This document shows, in pieces, positions 19,055 through 33,592 of a DNA stretch of 64,000 nt. Both the position numbers and the translations under genes were made by a program. The notes below the pieces were generated by a model. It saw only the letters and a list, made by a program, of their open reading frames with translations. It was not told the DNA's origin and did no database searches. The DNA is taken from NCBI RefSeq assembly GCF_009914755.1, contig NC_060934.1; one strand, written 5' to 3'. Within the stretch, counting starts at the first letter, position 1. Each line of letters begins with the position of its first letter. The DNA is from the human T2T-CHM13v2.0 reference genome, Homo sapiens.

Positions 19055-19230
19055 GACAGCTAACATATTTTGGGCCCCATAAGCCAGGAAGCATGTTAAA
19101 TACTTTACATGCTTTATCACATTGAATCCTACCAACAGCCCTAAAAGGAGAGTACCATTATTAGGTTATTTTTTAGCTGACAAACTGCAAAAGTTAAGTA
19201 ACTGCCCAGACTTACCAGTAAGAAGCAAAG
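19055..19230 (-). mobile_element. MIR
   Basis: agctaacat...tactttacatgc...attgaatcctaccaacagccct...aagttaagtaactgccca. Confidence 0.65.
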
Positions 19231-20791
19231 CCAAATACTCAGAAATTGTTATGAGATTGCATAAATGATGCTTATTAGTAACCATCATCCTTCTCCTGGC
19301 ACTTCAATAGGAGGGGTCAAGAACTAGAGTAAGATAAAAGCAGTCCATCATTTCACTCCCCAGCATTTTGGGCTTACACACATATACCAGTCTATCACAT
19401 TGGATTAAGTGCTCAGTGTACCTAGCCAAGATACGGAAACTTATTGGAAGCATGACAGCCACACAGACAGAAGCAGGTACAACATATTTCAGCATAGCTT
19501 CTCATGGTTCCTGGAACTGCTCAAAGGGAGACATGGCCAGCTGTTGGAGACAGCATCAACACAAAGTAAGCTCTAATGAAACCTGGAAAGCTCAGTTTTT
19601 GCTACACCACGGCCTTCCATACCCAAGATTCCAGACAAACTTTCCGTTCCAGACAAACTTAAACTAACAATCTACATGCTTCATTAAGGAAACGTTTACA
19701 AACATTGGATTCTCCTGGTTCTTGAACGAAATCCAGCTTTAGCAAACCCATATCCTTCTCCAGAGAGAGAAACTAGTTAGTGCTCAGGTGTCCTTGAACA
19801 ATCACTTGGCCTTCAGTTTTCCCAGCTGGGGGAGCCAGTTTCTCGCACACTTCAGAAACCTCAAAAAAAAAAAAAAAATTAGTATTTCCAGAAGTGCAAA
19901 CCACAAACCTCTGTGTCAGAATTTCCTGGTACATTTTTTGGAAGAGCTGATGCCTCACGCATCCTGGACCTACTAAATCAGAATATCCAGGATTGTAAAC
20001 CCTAACTTGGCATTAACATTGTGTTTCCCAGTACTGGCCTGCTCATTGGGATCTCCGGATGGCTATGTAAGGGTGGGATGTTCCCAGCTCGCAAGGAGAA
20101 TCTCATTTATGTAAGAATAGCCTTCCATTTAAAGCATTCAAAACTCATTACTGTTGCAGACTTTTCATTCCAGTGCCTGGCTTTGTAGAAGAAGCCAGGG
20201 ACCTAAAGTTTTAAGCTTTCTTAAAATTGTACTCATTAAACAGCATGTTAATCATGGATCAGGGAATGCACATTATACAATCCATTAAGCTTGTGTATGT
20301 TCCTGGAAGACTGTAGATTGTATAAAAATACAAATGATCCAGCAGTTAAAATAATTGGCTATAATGAACAGCAAAATTAATTATGAATGACCACATTGCT
20401 TACCCAGTTGACCTAAGTCATTAGCAGATGTAATGGGTCAGGTAAAAATAAGATGTATTTTGGCTTCTACAAATTGCTCCACAAGCATCCGCGATAGTCC
20501 AGGGATCTCATGGCCAGAACAGAGGCTAGACATGAGACAATGTATGAGAGTGAGGCCATTGATGTTCGTCGGGGAAGCATTCACTACAAATCCATCATAA
20601 GAACATAATCTATTATAAGATCACGGATTTATTACAAGCAGGAAGAAAATTATTTACCTTTTTGAGTTAAATGAAGTCTTCTGTACCACCAAGATATTTT
20701 CTGATCAACTAAGCAGTGACTCACTAAATCAGCATTTCCCCCAATATGTTTAGTCATTCCGCAGAAGACTAATGCTAAGATAAGTTGTGGG

Positions 20792-21160
<369 letters not shown>

Positions 21161-23406
21161 TTAGAAAATGCCACATACTTGAGCCCTGTTTTGGGGAATT
21201 ATGAACTTTAATTTGCATCGAGTCTATTAAAGGTTCTGAGAGTCGAGCAGTGAGGAACTTCACTTCAGTTCTCAATTAATCAATGGTCTTGGCCGTAGGC
21301 AGCCAGACAAATGCTACCTAACCTAAGAAAAAAGGGAATCACAGAGAGGATTGGAAGTAACTCCCAGAATAGGTGAGAAGCCTGGAAAATCAACAGTGTC
21401 AGAGGCAGAAAAACACTGAAACCACCTGGCTCGGGCATGGCCAGGGCCACTGCAAGACATCTCATCTCTCCCTTTCCCTTTGTGACATTCCCCTGATGAA
21501 CCATTTCAGGAGAAAGCCATTTGAAGAGACAAGCCCAGGTTAGAAGGCTGTTCTCCAACCAATGGAGGCAGAGAAAATAATTATCCGCCCTGCCAAATTC
21601 CTTCCAAGGAGCAGTGAAAACCCTCGCTTCAGAACTCACACAGTAGGCAGTTCCCCTCTCCCGGTCTCACACAGTCAGTAACAATTTTTCAGCTCAACTT
21701 TGTTTAACCCAGTGTTTCCCAAAATTATTCTATCTCTATTTCTTCACATAACACATATAAGCAGTAGAAGAGACTTTTAGATATGGGGTTAATAATAGTA
21801 AATGGGGTTAGCATGTACATGAGGCACATGATTACTGTGTATTATACACAATTAGTATATCCTGTCATTAGCATGGTTAATTTTGAAGGTATACTGAGTT
21901 GTCACTTACGTTTGCAATAGCATTCTGAACAGGTCATCCTGGGGAAGGCAGAGATTTTGAGGCAAATCAGTCTAAATACCTCTGTCCCCCAATTTTAAAA
22001 CAAGTCTACAAGAACTTTGTTTACAATGAATCCCAAGGCAGCCTTGATGGGAAGAAATTAACAAGAAGACATCTTCTCAGTAATGTTGGGGAAGGAAATT
22101 GCTTGTGTTGTTACTCTCTTCATTAATGAAATGACAATAATCTTCATGGTGTTTTCTGTTCCACAGTGTGCCTCCACTCACCTTACCTCTTTGATTCTAA
22201 GAGCTCTAGACCAATTGTTCTCATATGATCCTAAGTTTCTCTGAACTCCAGCTCGCAGACCTGCCTCCTCTTTGCTCAGCAGCAGGCTGCCTCCCTGAGT
22301 CACTGCATAGAAGTGTCTCTGATTATGGCTTGCCAGGTCTCACATGATGCTAACCGAGGAAAAGATGCTACTCTCTGCCCCTGTAGCATTAAGGCTTCTG
22401 TTGTTTGTGTCTCCAGTCTTCCCACACTTCAGAGTCCACAGTATTCACAGTCAAATTAATCCCCAGGGAGTGAATGAGCTCAGTGCAGGGGAAATGAGGA
22501 CCAGTGGGGATGCAGCTGGCCCACACACGACAGAGAGAGGAACAGAGCTGATTCTCACAAGCCTGGATGTTAGAGTCAGCCAGCTGCTTACAGATAGCCC
22601 CAAGAAGAGAAAGAGAGGCTCAGCAGAATAGTTCTGCCTTCACAGTCTCTGAAACAGGCACAGGCTATGTCAGCTCTGCCTGCCTCTGCCTCTGCTCAAC
22701 CCATGTTTGGCCCTTGCAAGGCCATCTGTCCCCTGCACAAGGAATACCTGGCTTGACAGCAAAATAGCTACTTCTTCCCCATCAGTGATTGCGACCCAGA
22801 TGGTTCACACCCATGCATTGGGCTGGAGTTCGAACATTGATCCTAACTAGTCTGCCAGATTCCTGGTTGCAACTTCCACACTAGTTTCCCAACTAGACTA
22901 GACACAAGCCACACGTCCCAGTTCTCTGGGGCTGATTCCTGTTTCCTGTGCCTTCTGGTTAACTCTGATGAACCTCTCTGTCAGATAGGTTAATAGAAAA
23001 CCCAGAACAAAGTGGCTTAAATACCAAAAGATTTGTTTCTTTGTGTAAAAGAAGTTCAAAAGTAAGTGGTCCCATACTGGTAAGCTGGATTCACAAAGTC
23101 ATCAAGGAACTCAGCCTCCTATCTTTCTACTCCTCAAGGACTCTCATGGTCCAAAATTGCTGCTGGAGCACCACTTATCACATTCACATTTCAGACAGCA
23201 GAAAAGAAGCAGCAAAGAAGATACAAGGGACTTTCTCCAACTGTCCATATCCCTTCTAAGAACTCTTTTCAGAATTCTGCACAATTTCTGCTTTATTTCA
23301 ATGACCAGAACTCAGACACATTGCCATGCACAGCTTCAAGAGAGGCAGGGGAATACAGTTCTATTGTTGGATACACTGCCACTCCCAATAATATAAGGGT
23401 TTCATT

Positions 23407-24103
<697 letters not shown>

Positions 24104-24919
24104 TCTACCATCATTTTTAAGGAAGAGAGACAGAATGGATGTTGGGTAAGTAATTAGTAATACTTACTATTATTATAACCTCACTAATCCGCTAGGACAC
24201 CCACTAAATGCTGAGACTTGCCTTGGCCAAGCTCTGTCAGCAGCCCTGATCCCTTGGATCTAATTGAATTGGATGAGACTTTGCCAGCTCCCCTAGGTTT
24301 AAAATGTGGTATCACCCTAGAGCTGGCCAATTATTCTGTCCTAACTATCCCCCGTCATTCCCTAGCCCTGTCTAAGAGCTCCCAGCATATTTTACACTCC
24401 AGACTCAGCCAGTTCCAACAAATAAACAAAGCACTGCTGGTTACTTAAAAAAAAAAAATCACTCATGTCTGATCACAAAGGAGGTTTAGTCTTATGGAAA
24501 TGCCTCTTTAAATTCGCCTTTTGATGAATTTGCATTTGTAAACAGAAGCGTATAGATGAATAAAATAACCATTGAATGAAGTGAGGCTTTGGTTTCAATC
24601 TAACCACTGAGTATATTATATTTGTCCTCTGCATGAAAACTTAAGAAGCAAATCGCCAATTTTAACCAATAAAAATCTCAAGTTCATCCCACCATATTGA
24701 AATAAAAGAGTAACCGATAAACATTTTCAAATAGGCATACCATAAGTAATCATTGTTTTGTCAAATTCAGGGAAACTTTGGAGGTTATAGACATGTCTGT
24801 TGGTCCTGCCTGAGGTCAATAGTTCTTAGCACATGAGACTTGGGAAAGGTTATAATACTACCATGATGGCATCTAATTTCACAGCATCCTGAATAAATGT
24901 GCTGGTGAGAATGCTGACC

Positions 24920-25130
24920 TCACAATAAGAAAATCTGGGTTTATATTCCAGCTTTGGAACTTTTTAAACTTTGTAGCTGTAGGCCAGTTACTCCACTCAA
25001 AGACTTTAGATTCTTCTTCTCTCGACTGAAGATGACATTGTTGGATTGTTTGAAGATTAAATGACCATATATGAAGAAGAAGCTAATATAATACAATATT
25101 TGGCCCATAGAAAACAGTCAATAAATGTTC
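24920..25130 (+). mobile_element. MIR
   Basis: atctgggtttatattccagc...ttgtttgaagattaaatga...tggcccatag...tcaataaatgtt. Confidence 0.6.
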
Positions 25131-26324
25131 TCTGAATCTGAATTTATTTAGAGAAAAAGTTTAGTGCTATACTAATTAAACACAACATCCATCATTCTTT
25201 TTAAGAACTTTTAAAAAACCTCATCGTGAATTTCTCATTTTAGAAAAACAAACTAAGTATTTTCAAAGCTTTGTAACTAGTATAGTATATAGTACCATGA
25301 GCTAGTCAGTTATTTTTCATTAAAATATATAAAAGCTTATATTGGAGATTATATCCATAAAGCCCATTTAGTTTTACAACTTAATTATATGTAGTAAAAC
25401 TTTACTACCACATTTAACAGGTATTAACCTAATTCTTTTTAAACAAAAGCAATATTTGACTGGAAGTGAACCCTAAGTTGAGAAAACAAAAAGGAACTCC
25501 CTTAAAATATTTCCTTAGTATTTATTTTTCAAGAAAGGTCAACTCAGCTAATGCATCAGCTTGCTTAATGTCTTATTTGTGTTATCTCAATATTTTTAGT
25601 AAAACAAATTTGTTACTATGGTGTTCAATTTTAGCATTACCAAGAAATAGGCCAATATCAGGAAGGCAAAACCAACTGTGAGTTTTGCAATAACAAATTT
25701 TAGTCAATTGAATTTATACTTTGGTTAAAATATTTTTAAACTCAAGCAATAGCTGGGAAAAATGAGTATTTTAGATAGATGAATCTCTTACTATATTCTA
25801 GACGATGTGTCACTTTATTTCAGAATAAAACCAAAAAAGAAAAGAATCTATCCAAGTGCTGAAAATACATTACTTTTAATCTTAATATACTTCGGAGTGA
25901 AATCTTACCAGAACTTCTACCTTATTTAATGTGTTCCTGTATGAAATAAAATATTCTTTAAAGTTCTCAATAAAAATTCATAAGATACCATTAGATCCTT
26001 AAAATATGTTTCATATAGAATATTTACAACTCATAGCTTTGGAAGGTGCCAGCATACATATTCATGAGTAATAATACAGACTTCTTGGATGATTATCTGA
26101 AATTCAATTTGACTCTAAAACTACGTATTGACTACTGTATAATCAGAGATAACAAGTTTATATAATGAATGAGATCCACTCTTCACAAGACACCATCAGC
26201 ATCACCAACTATCATTTGTGGAGTTTACTACAGATATGTAGCCATGTGGCAGGTTCTAGAGATACAAACTCATATAAAATACAGTCTCTGCCTCAAGACG
26301 TTTGTTATTATTATTCTCAATGCT

Positions 26325-26545
26325 GATAATGCCAGTATATTACACTTGCATAGTGCTTTTCAATGTATGAAACATATTTCTATCCATTATTTTATTTAAC
26401 ACTGTCAGTATCTTTGGAAGGTAGCTGCACAACAGGTAAAACCATTTTCATTTTATAGATGAAACCTCAGCAATTAGGCGTCCTGCCCGGGTCGGAAAGC
26501 TAAACTGATGGCAGAAGTAGGATTAGAACTATATGCTTGTCTAAG
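26325..26545 (-). mobile_element. MIR
   Basis: cattttatagatgaaacc...atggcagaagtaggattagaac. Confidence 0.6.
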
Positions 26546-27135
26546 AACTTTTTTCCCCCTCTAATAAACTTCCTCAAGACCTTTATTTAGGAAATCTAGA
26601 CATATTGAAAGGATTTATAAAACACCAATAACATATGGTAGATGTAAAAACCAAATGACCAATGTAAGATGCATTAAGAAAGCTGTGTGGGGAGAGAACT
26701 CCAGTTCTGGACCCTCTCTGCTGAATCAGTTGTAAAGGATAATTAAGAGGCAGAAAAGCAGGGAAGAACCAGGGAGGTATTGCAGGCAGGGTAAGCTTGA
26801 TCCAAAATGTTCTGCTCAAACTGCCCTCCTTTCCAGAGCACAATAAGCTGAGGCTAATTCATATTTTCTTCAGGCTTAACCTGTAATGCCTAGCACAGGA
26901 CCCCTGAGGATTGCAGGCTCCGAAGCAGCACCCCTGACCTCTTCCCATAGCAGGCCCTCAATAAATGTCTGGTGAACAGAGAATCAGAATAAATGAATAG
27001 ACCAAAAGAACCACTTCCATGTCATTCAAGGATTCGGAAAACTGTTGCATTTCTGAATGAGTCTGTTCATCATTTACTCATTCATTCATTCACTCATCAA
27101 TTCATTCATTCATGCATGCATGCATTCCTTTATAC

Positions 27136-27353
27136 CAGTGGTTCTCAACTAGGGATGATTTTCCCCAAGAGAATATCTGGACACTCTTTTTAGTTGTCAC
27201 AGCTGAGGAGTATTACTGGCCTCTAGTGAGAAGAGGACGAGGACAAGGATGCTGCTAAACATTCTGCAATGCTGATGAATGCACAGGATAACCCCCTATA
27301 ACAAAGAATTATCCAGTCCAAAATTTCAATAGTGATGAGGTTGAGAAACTTTG
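27136..27353 (+). mobile_element. MER20 hAT MITE
   Basis: cagtggttctcaac...ggatgctgctaaacat...aaagaattatccag...gttgagaaactttg; degenerate TSD ctttatac / ctttacaa. Confidence 0.85.
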
Positions 27354-27380
27354 CTTTACAATAAGTTCTAGTAAATGTTT

Positions 27381-27739
27381 TTATTCTTCCTTTTTTACTT
27401 TTTTAGTTTTTTTGTTTCTTTTCTTTCTTTTTTTGTTTGTTTGTTTGTTTGTTTGTTTTTGAGAGACAGCGTCCCACTCTGTCATCCAGGCTATTGTGCA
27501 ACAGAGCAGTCATAGCTCACTGTAACCTCAAACTCCTGGGCTTAATCAATTCGCCTGCCTCAGCCTCCCAAGTAACTAGGACTACAGGCACTTACCACTA
27601 TGACTAGCTAACTTTTTAACTTTTTATAGACATGAGGTCTCACTATGCTGGCTGGTCTCGAACTCCTGGGCTCAAATGATCCTCCAACCTCAGCCTCCCA
27701 AAGTACTAGGATTACAGGAATGAACCACTGTAGCCAGTC
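27381..27739 (-). mobile_element. Alu (AluJ-like) with a long degenerate tail
   Basis: Antisense dimer; TSD aagttctagtaaat(g/a)ttt on both sides. Confidence 0.9.
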
Positions 27740-28309
27740 AAGTTCTAGTAAATATTTTGGTTTAGTGATGGGAACAGATGCTTCAAATGACTAAATAGAT
27801 TATTTATTATAAGTAATCATTAATAATAATTATAAACCATGACAAGTACCATGAAGGACAAAACAGTGCTATTGGGAGATTTTAGATGGCTTATTGCTTC
27901 TGAGCAGGAAAGGATAACTGGTCGTGTCCAGAGGACAGCATTTTGGAAAATCTAAGGCAAACTAACTAGAAATCCCAATACACAAAATACCCAAAATGAA
28001 TGGGTTGTCTTTCTGGAAATATAAAATAAAAATACAATGCCTAAAGCAATGGCTCTGCCATTTTTCCTCTGAAATGTGGCATCGCTCCCAACAGCACAAT
28101 CAACATTATATATATATATATGTTTCATATAGAATATTTACAACTCATAGCTTTGGAAGGTGCTTCCTTCCATATATATATATATGATAGTGTTTAAGGC
28201 TCAATGGACTCCCATTTTTATAAAAATGCAAAGCCAATTTTTTTTTTAATAGAGAGCTATTAGGGTTTAAAATGAGGTCTGGTATCCATCTAGTCTTCCT
28301 CTCTTGGGA

Positions 28310-28670
28310 GGATCAGCCCTTCCCCACTCCTTGTGATTCCAAGAGGGTGCTAATCATGGGAACTCACACCTCCTATACTGGAGTACCCACATGACACAAG
28401 CTGGACCAATCAATCTCTCTCTCTCGGCACTCAAAAGGAAGGTCAATGAAGCAGATTCATTCAGTGTAGCATCCTAGAGAACTTGGCTGTGTATTCCTGC
28501 TGCCATAATCTCTAGGACTGTTTTGACCACTTGCTTTTATAGACCTTGTTATTTATCTGTCCTTGGCTTCTGTAAGGAACCCCGGCATTTTCCTGATAAC
28601 ACGTGTTCTCTTTCTTGAGTTGGCCCAAGTAACCGTCTTTGCTTGCAACCAAAGAACTTCACCTGATAGA
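28310..28670 (+). mobile_element. Degenerate old MaLR LTR (MLT1K/L-like)
   Basis: cacatgacacaagctggaccaatc, and 3' end gcttgcaaccaaagaacttcacctgata. Confidence 0.4.
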
Positions 28671-29001
28671 GTTTGGTACTTTGTTTTAGGAATGGACAGT
28701 GGCTCAGTGAGGGAAGTAGAAAGAACCAGGGCTTTCTTTTTTCCAATTCCTTACCCACCCTTCCAACAGCACCCATCACACCTTCTCTAAAAGCCTTCAC
28801 TGGCTATTTCAATGTAGCGTCACCTCTTGACAGATATTGTCACTTGAAATGACCATTATTTATTGAACATGCATTGTCTTTTACTGTTAGTGTTTTTTTC
28901 CTAGACTGTAAGGACTATGCAAATGGGACCACACATGGTATTTTTTCTTATCTTTCACACTGACAAGTAAATACTCCATTAACAACTGTCGAGTGAATAA
29001 C

Positions 29002-29543
29002 TGTGGAAGCCAGCCTCCATAATGCTCCCAATGATTCTCACCCCTTAGTGTTCATGCCCTTATAGTTCTCTCCCACAGTGAATAGCTCTGACCTGTACAC
29101 CTAATTAGATATTTTAGAAAGAAATGTTGTGACTTCTAAGGCTATATCCGTCAAAGTCATTTCAGCTCCTGCCTTCATCTCTTTTGGATCACTCTATTGA
29201 GAGAAACCAGTCACCACATCATGAGGACACTCTAGTGGCCTTATTAAGAGGTCCACTTGGTAAGGAATTAAATCTCTTGCCGACAGACAGACAGTACTGG
29301 CTTGCCAGTGTTTGCCATCTTAGAATTGAATCCTCTGACCCCAGTCAAGCCTTCAGATAACTGGTAATCTGGCCAACATCTCAATTCTAACAACATGAGT
29401 GAGAAACTCTGAGTCAGAACCATCCAGTTAAGCCACTTCCAAATTACTGACCAACAGAAACTGTACAATAATAAATATTTGTTGTTGTTTTAAGACACGA
29501 GGTTTTTGGGTAATTTGTTATATAACAATAGATAACTAATACA
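29002..29543 (+). mobile_element. MLT1F-like solo LTR
   Basis: TG...CA termini; ccccagtcaagccttcagat and taatttgttatataacaatagataactaataca; flanks ataac / ataat. Confidence 0.8.
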
Positions 29544-29585
29544 ATAATTAATTCTATCCTGGGAGAAACACAAACCTTATGTTTA

Positions 29586-29910
<325 letters not shown>

Positions 29911-30047
29911 GTAAGAGGGACCAATTTATTTGTTTCCTTGAAGAAACAATTTCTATAAACAAAGCTACTCTAATATATGAAGACTCAATTCCATTTAGAG
30001 GCTAAAAGCAAAAACAAAAACAACTCAGATTTTGTGCCAATTATAAC

Positions 30048-30499
30048 TTTTTTCAGCTTTATTAAAGGATAATTGATAATTAAAATTGTATATATACGAT
30101 GTACAACTTGATAATTTAATATTTATATACATTGTGAAATAATCACCATGATCAAGCTAATCAACATATCCCTCACCTGACATAGTTTCCATCTTCTTTG
30201 TGTGTGTGTATGTGTGTCTGTGTGTCTGTGTGTGGTGAGAAAGAACACTTACGATCTATCTACCCTCTCAGCAAATTTCAGGTATACAATACAGTATTAA
30301 CTACAGTCACAGTGTTGTCCTTTAGATTTCCAGAACTTATTCATCTTACAAAACTGAAACTTTGTAGCCTTTGGCCAGCGTCTCTTCATTTTCCCCTTCC
30401 CCCGCCCCTGGCAATCACTCAGCATACTGTCCTCCATGTTCATCAAAGTTGTTGCAAAGGGCAGGATTTCCTTCTTTCTTAAGGCTAAATAATATTCCA
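30048..30499 (-). mobile_element. 5'-truncated L1MA (L1MA8-10-like) 3' end containing a (TG)n tract
   Basis: cagctttatt...tacattgtgaaataatcacc...cagcaaatttcaggtatacaatacagtattaactacagtcac; TSD CCAATTATAA at 30037-30046 and 30500-30509. Confidence 0.8.
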
Positions 30500-31379
30500 C
30501 CAATTATAATTCTTAATATGTCAAATACTTAACAATAAATATAGTGCCTTTTTAGATACTTAGCCAAAAGAGAACCGGGTAGATTTCTTGTAGAGAAAAG
30601 TCTTCTACTGAAAGTAGATGGAAAAAAAGCTTGAGTGTGGTCACCAGATTTTCTGAATCCCAAATTAGAAAATATGGTTGTTGTTTATGGAGACAATGGA
30701 CTACAATATTTGAAACCAAAATGGTTCTAGAAAATCCAAGATACGTGGTCTTAGTACCTAAGACCGAACTGGGTGCTTAAATCATGCTAAAGACTAAACT
30801 TATTAACAACTACTATTAGAAGATTTAGTCACAATGTTTTGATTTGTTCAGAAGAAGGAAAACAGTTTTAAAAAGACTCTGTGCCATCTTGAGAAAGTAA
30901 TTGTAATTTTAAAATAATTCTGACTAGGAAATGGCTTACTAAGAAATGGATAAAAATTATGTGAATCATATGTATTTGAAAAATTAAAGTAAGTATCTCT
31001 TCTCAAAGTTATGATCTTAATAAACCAAGAAGACCTAGATGTTAAGTCTAAATGACTTCATTTTTTGACAGATAATAGAAGTATAAATTTGATTCTATCT
31101 AGCAAATTCACCACATATTAATCCTTAAGTAGAAGTATTATAGGTTTTTAGCTGTATATATCTGTTACCATAAAAAAATTACCTTATAAAGACCTTGGCT
31201 GCCTTCTAACAACATAACTGAGTTTACGCATCTAAACAAGATGACTCCTATGCTAGGCTTATCAACTTATTCCTAAGGTATCGTCATTATGCAAAATACT
31301 TTTAGAACTCCTCATTTGCTTTTCCCACCACTGAGGAGATAATAATTTCATGGTTAGGAAAAGACAAGTAATTTACTGA

Positions 31380-31695
31380 TTAGAAATAGTGACTCTGGAT
31401 TTAGATTTTCTGGGCTAAAACTCTGGCTTCAGCATTTACTTACAAAAGTTATCAGGTGCATACAGAGGAAGGTCCAAGGGAGAAAGAAATATATAAACAA
31501 TAAAATAGACACATAAGTGATACAGTGAGTAACCTTAGGCAAATCACTTAATGTCTCTGCCTTAATTTTCTCAACTGAAAAACTGAAATAAATAAAAGAA
31601 TCCATCTCTTAAAGTTGTTGTAAAATATAAATGAAATAGTACATGTAAAATTCTTAGACACTCCAGCACACAAAAAGTGCTCTATAAATGTTAGT
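31380..31695 (+). mobile_element. MIR interrupted by an 83-bp insertion (31443-31525)
   Basis: gactctggatttaga...ctctggcttcagcatttact | insert | aaccttaggcaaatcacttaatgtctctgcctt...ataaatgttag. Confidence 0.7.
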
Positions 31696-31909
31696 TGGTG
31701 AAGTTAGTTAATTAATTAGTTAATTAGTGATGAGACTTTTATCCCCCAAAAAAGTCCTCCTAAAAGTATGTGCAGCAGTGCCATAATTATAAAACATATT
31801 TATTCTCACAAGGACCCCAAGAAATTAATACTTTTTCAGGGTGATAGTAAGTGCTTGTTATATAATTAATGCTGTTGTTGAATGAATCTATTTGCATTCT
31901 TTGACTTTT

Positions 31910-32005
31910 AGAATACTTCTTCATAAACAAAGATCAACTAAGCAGACAAACCCTGTTGCTAAGAAAAACTAGAAAAGCTGGATAATGTGCACAGGCATGC
32001 GCGCG

Positions 32006-32037
<32 letters not shown>

Positions 32038-33442
32038 CAATGTTTGAAGGCTTTGGATAGCTATAAAGACAGCTAGGACTTGAGGGTCTAATATCCCCAA
32101 TAAAGAGACATTCATTGAGAGAAAGCTAACTTCTACCTTTCTTTTTCCATCAAGGCATTTGCTGATTGATACACAGTTTGCTCAGATAAACTGAGGAACC
32201 CAGCAAAAAGCAAGAGGAAAGAGGCAGAGAAGCTGAGTGGAGATTTTCACAGTCTGCTAGGACTGGGGAAGAGAAATTGAGGTTCCTAGCCACAAAGTCA
32301 TCCAGCATGTAGGGGACTAAGATCACAAATTAAAAAGAAGCATAGAAAAAGAAAGGCTGAGACTGATAGTTTGATCCACTTTTCCCTTAAAGCATTTGCT
32401 GACTCATAAGCTGAGTGGACTATGAGGCAGAAGGGCTGAGCAGAAAACAGCATAGAAGAGCCTGGACAGCTAAATAGAGCAATTAAATAGTTTTAGTATG
32501 CTAGGGAGATAAAAATGAGTTCAAGTATACTGAGGAGAAGGGCATCTGATAAATTCCTCAGATTTTCAGATTGAACTCCTGAGGGACTATTTTCTAAGAA
32601 TAAGGGTGAGTGAGAAATTGACTAGGTCTCCTGATGGTTGAAACCAAGCCTAGAACCAGCTTAATCCCTCAGTGGATTAATGCAAGCTACTCCTACTCTT
32701 AATGCCTGCCAGAAACAGAATCTTCCCTGGAGGAATTTTCATTAAAGATATTCAGTATTTGATCAAAAGTTATCAGGTGGATCAAGAGACAGGGAGAAAA
32801 AATATAAACAATGAAATAGACCTATGAGTGATACAGAATCAGTATTATCGCATATGGACTTCAAAATGACTGGGGTTAGTGTATACTGAAGGAGAGATCA
32901 AGACGGAGAATTTTAGCAGAGAACTGGAATCTATAAAAAATGACAAAATGGAAATTCTATAACTGAAAATACAGTAGCTGAAATTTAAACTCATCAGGTG
33001 TCTTCAAAAGAAAATTGGACAAAGATGAAGAGGAGTTAAATGAGAAGATAGGTTAGTAGAAAATATATGGAATGAAGAACAGAAAGGAAAAAAGATGGAA
33101 TATACAGAAAAGTTTATGAGACACTTGGAATAGAGTGAAAGTTGTAACATATGTGTAACTAAATCCTAGAAGATGAGGAGAAAGAGAATGAGGTAGAAGA
33201 AACGTGAGAATGAGGTAGAAGAAAAATGTGAAGAAGCAAGCTAAGGATTTTTCAGAATTGACATGACATAAAACCACAGATTCAGAAAACGCTGTGAACC
33301 CCAAGCAGGTTAAATACAAACACAAACAAAAAAACCCAGGCAGGTTAAATACAAGCAAAACAAACAAATAAAACCTTAAGCATATTATATTAAAACTGCT
33401 AAAAACCTAAGAAAAAAGAAAATCTCAAAAGCAGCCAGGAAA

Positions 33443-33484
<42 letters not shown>

Positions 33485-33525
33485 TATTTCAAAGGAGACA
33501 AAACATTGACAACTGACTCCTCATT
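31910..33525 (+). mobile_element. Ancient L1M 5' region / ORF1 remnant
   Basis: aactagaaaagctggata...tgtttgaagg; repeated ttttcc...aggcatttgctga monomers; A-rich ORF1-like decay (acagattcagaaaacgctgtgaaccccaagcagg, aaaatctcaaaagcagccag). Confidence 0.65.
33445..33483 (+). repeat. (CA)n microsatellite
   Basis: About 19 CA units. Confidence 0.95.
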
Positions 33526-33592
33526 GGAAACAAAATGAGGTTGAGGTTAGTGAAGCAGGAAGAGGCTATTCTGTAGGGCCTTATATACCATG

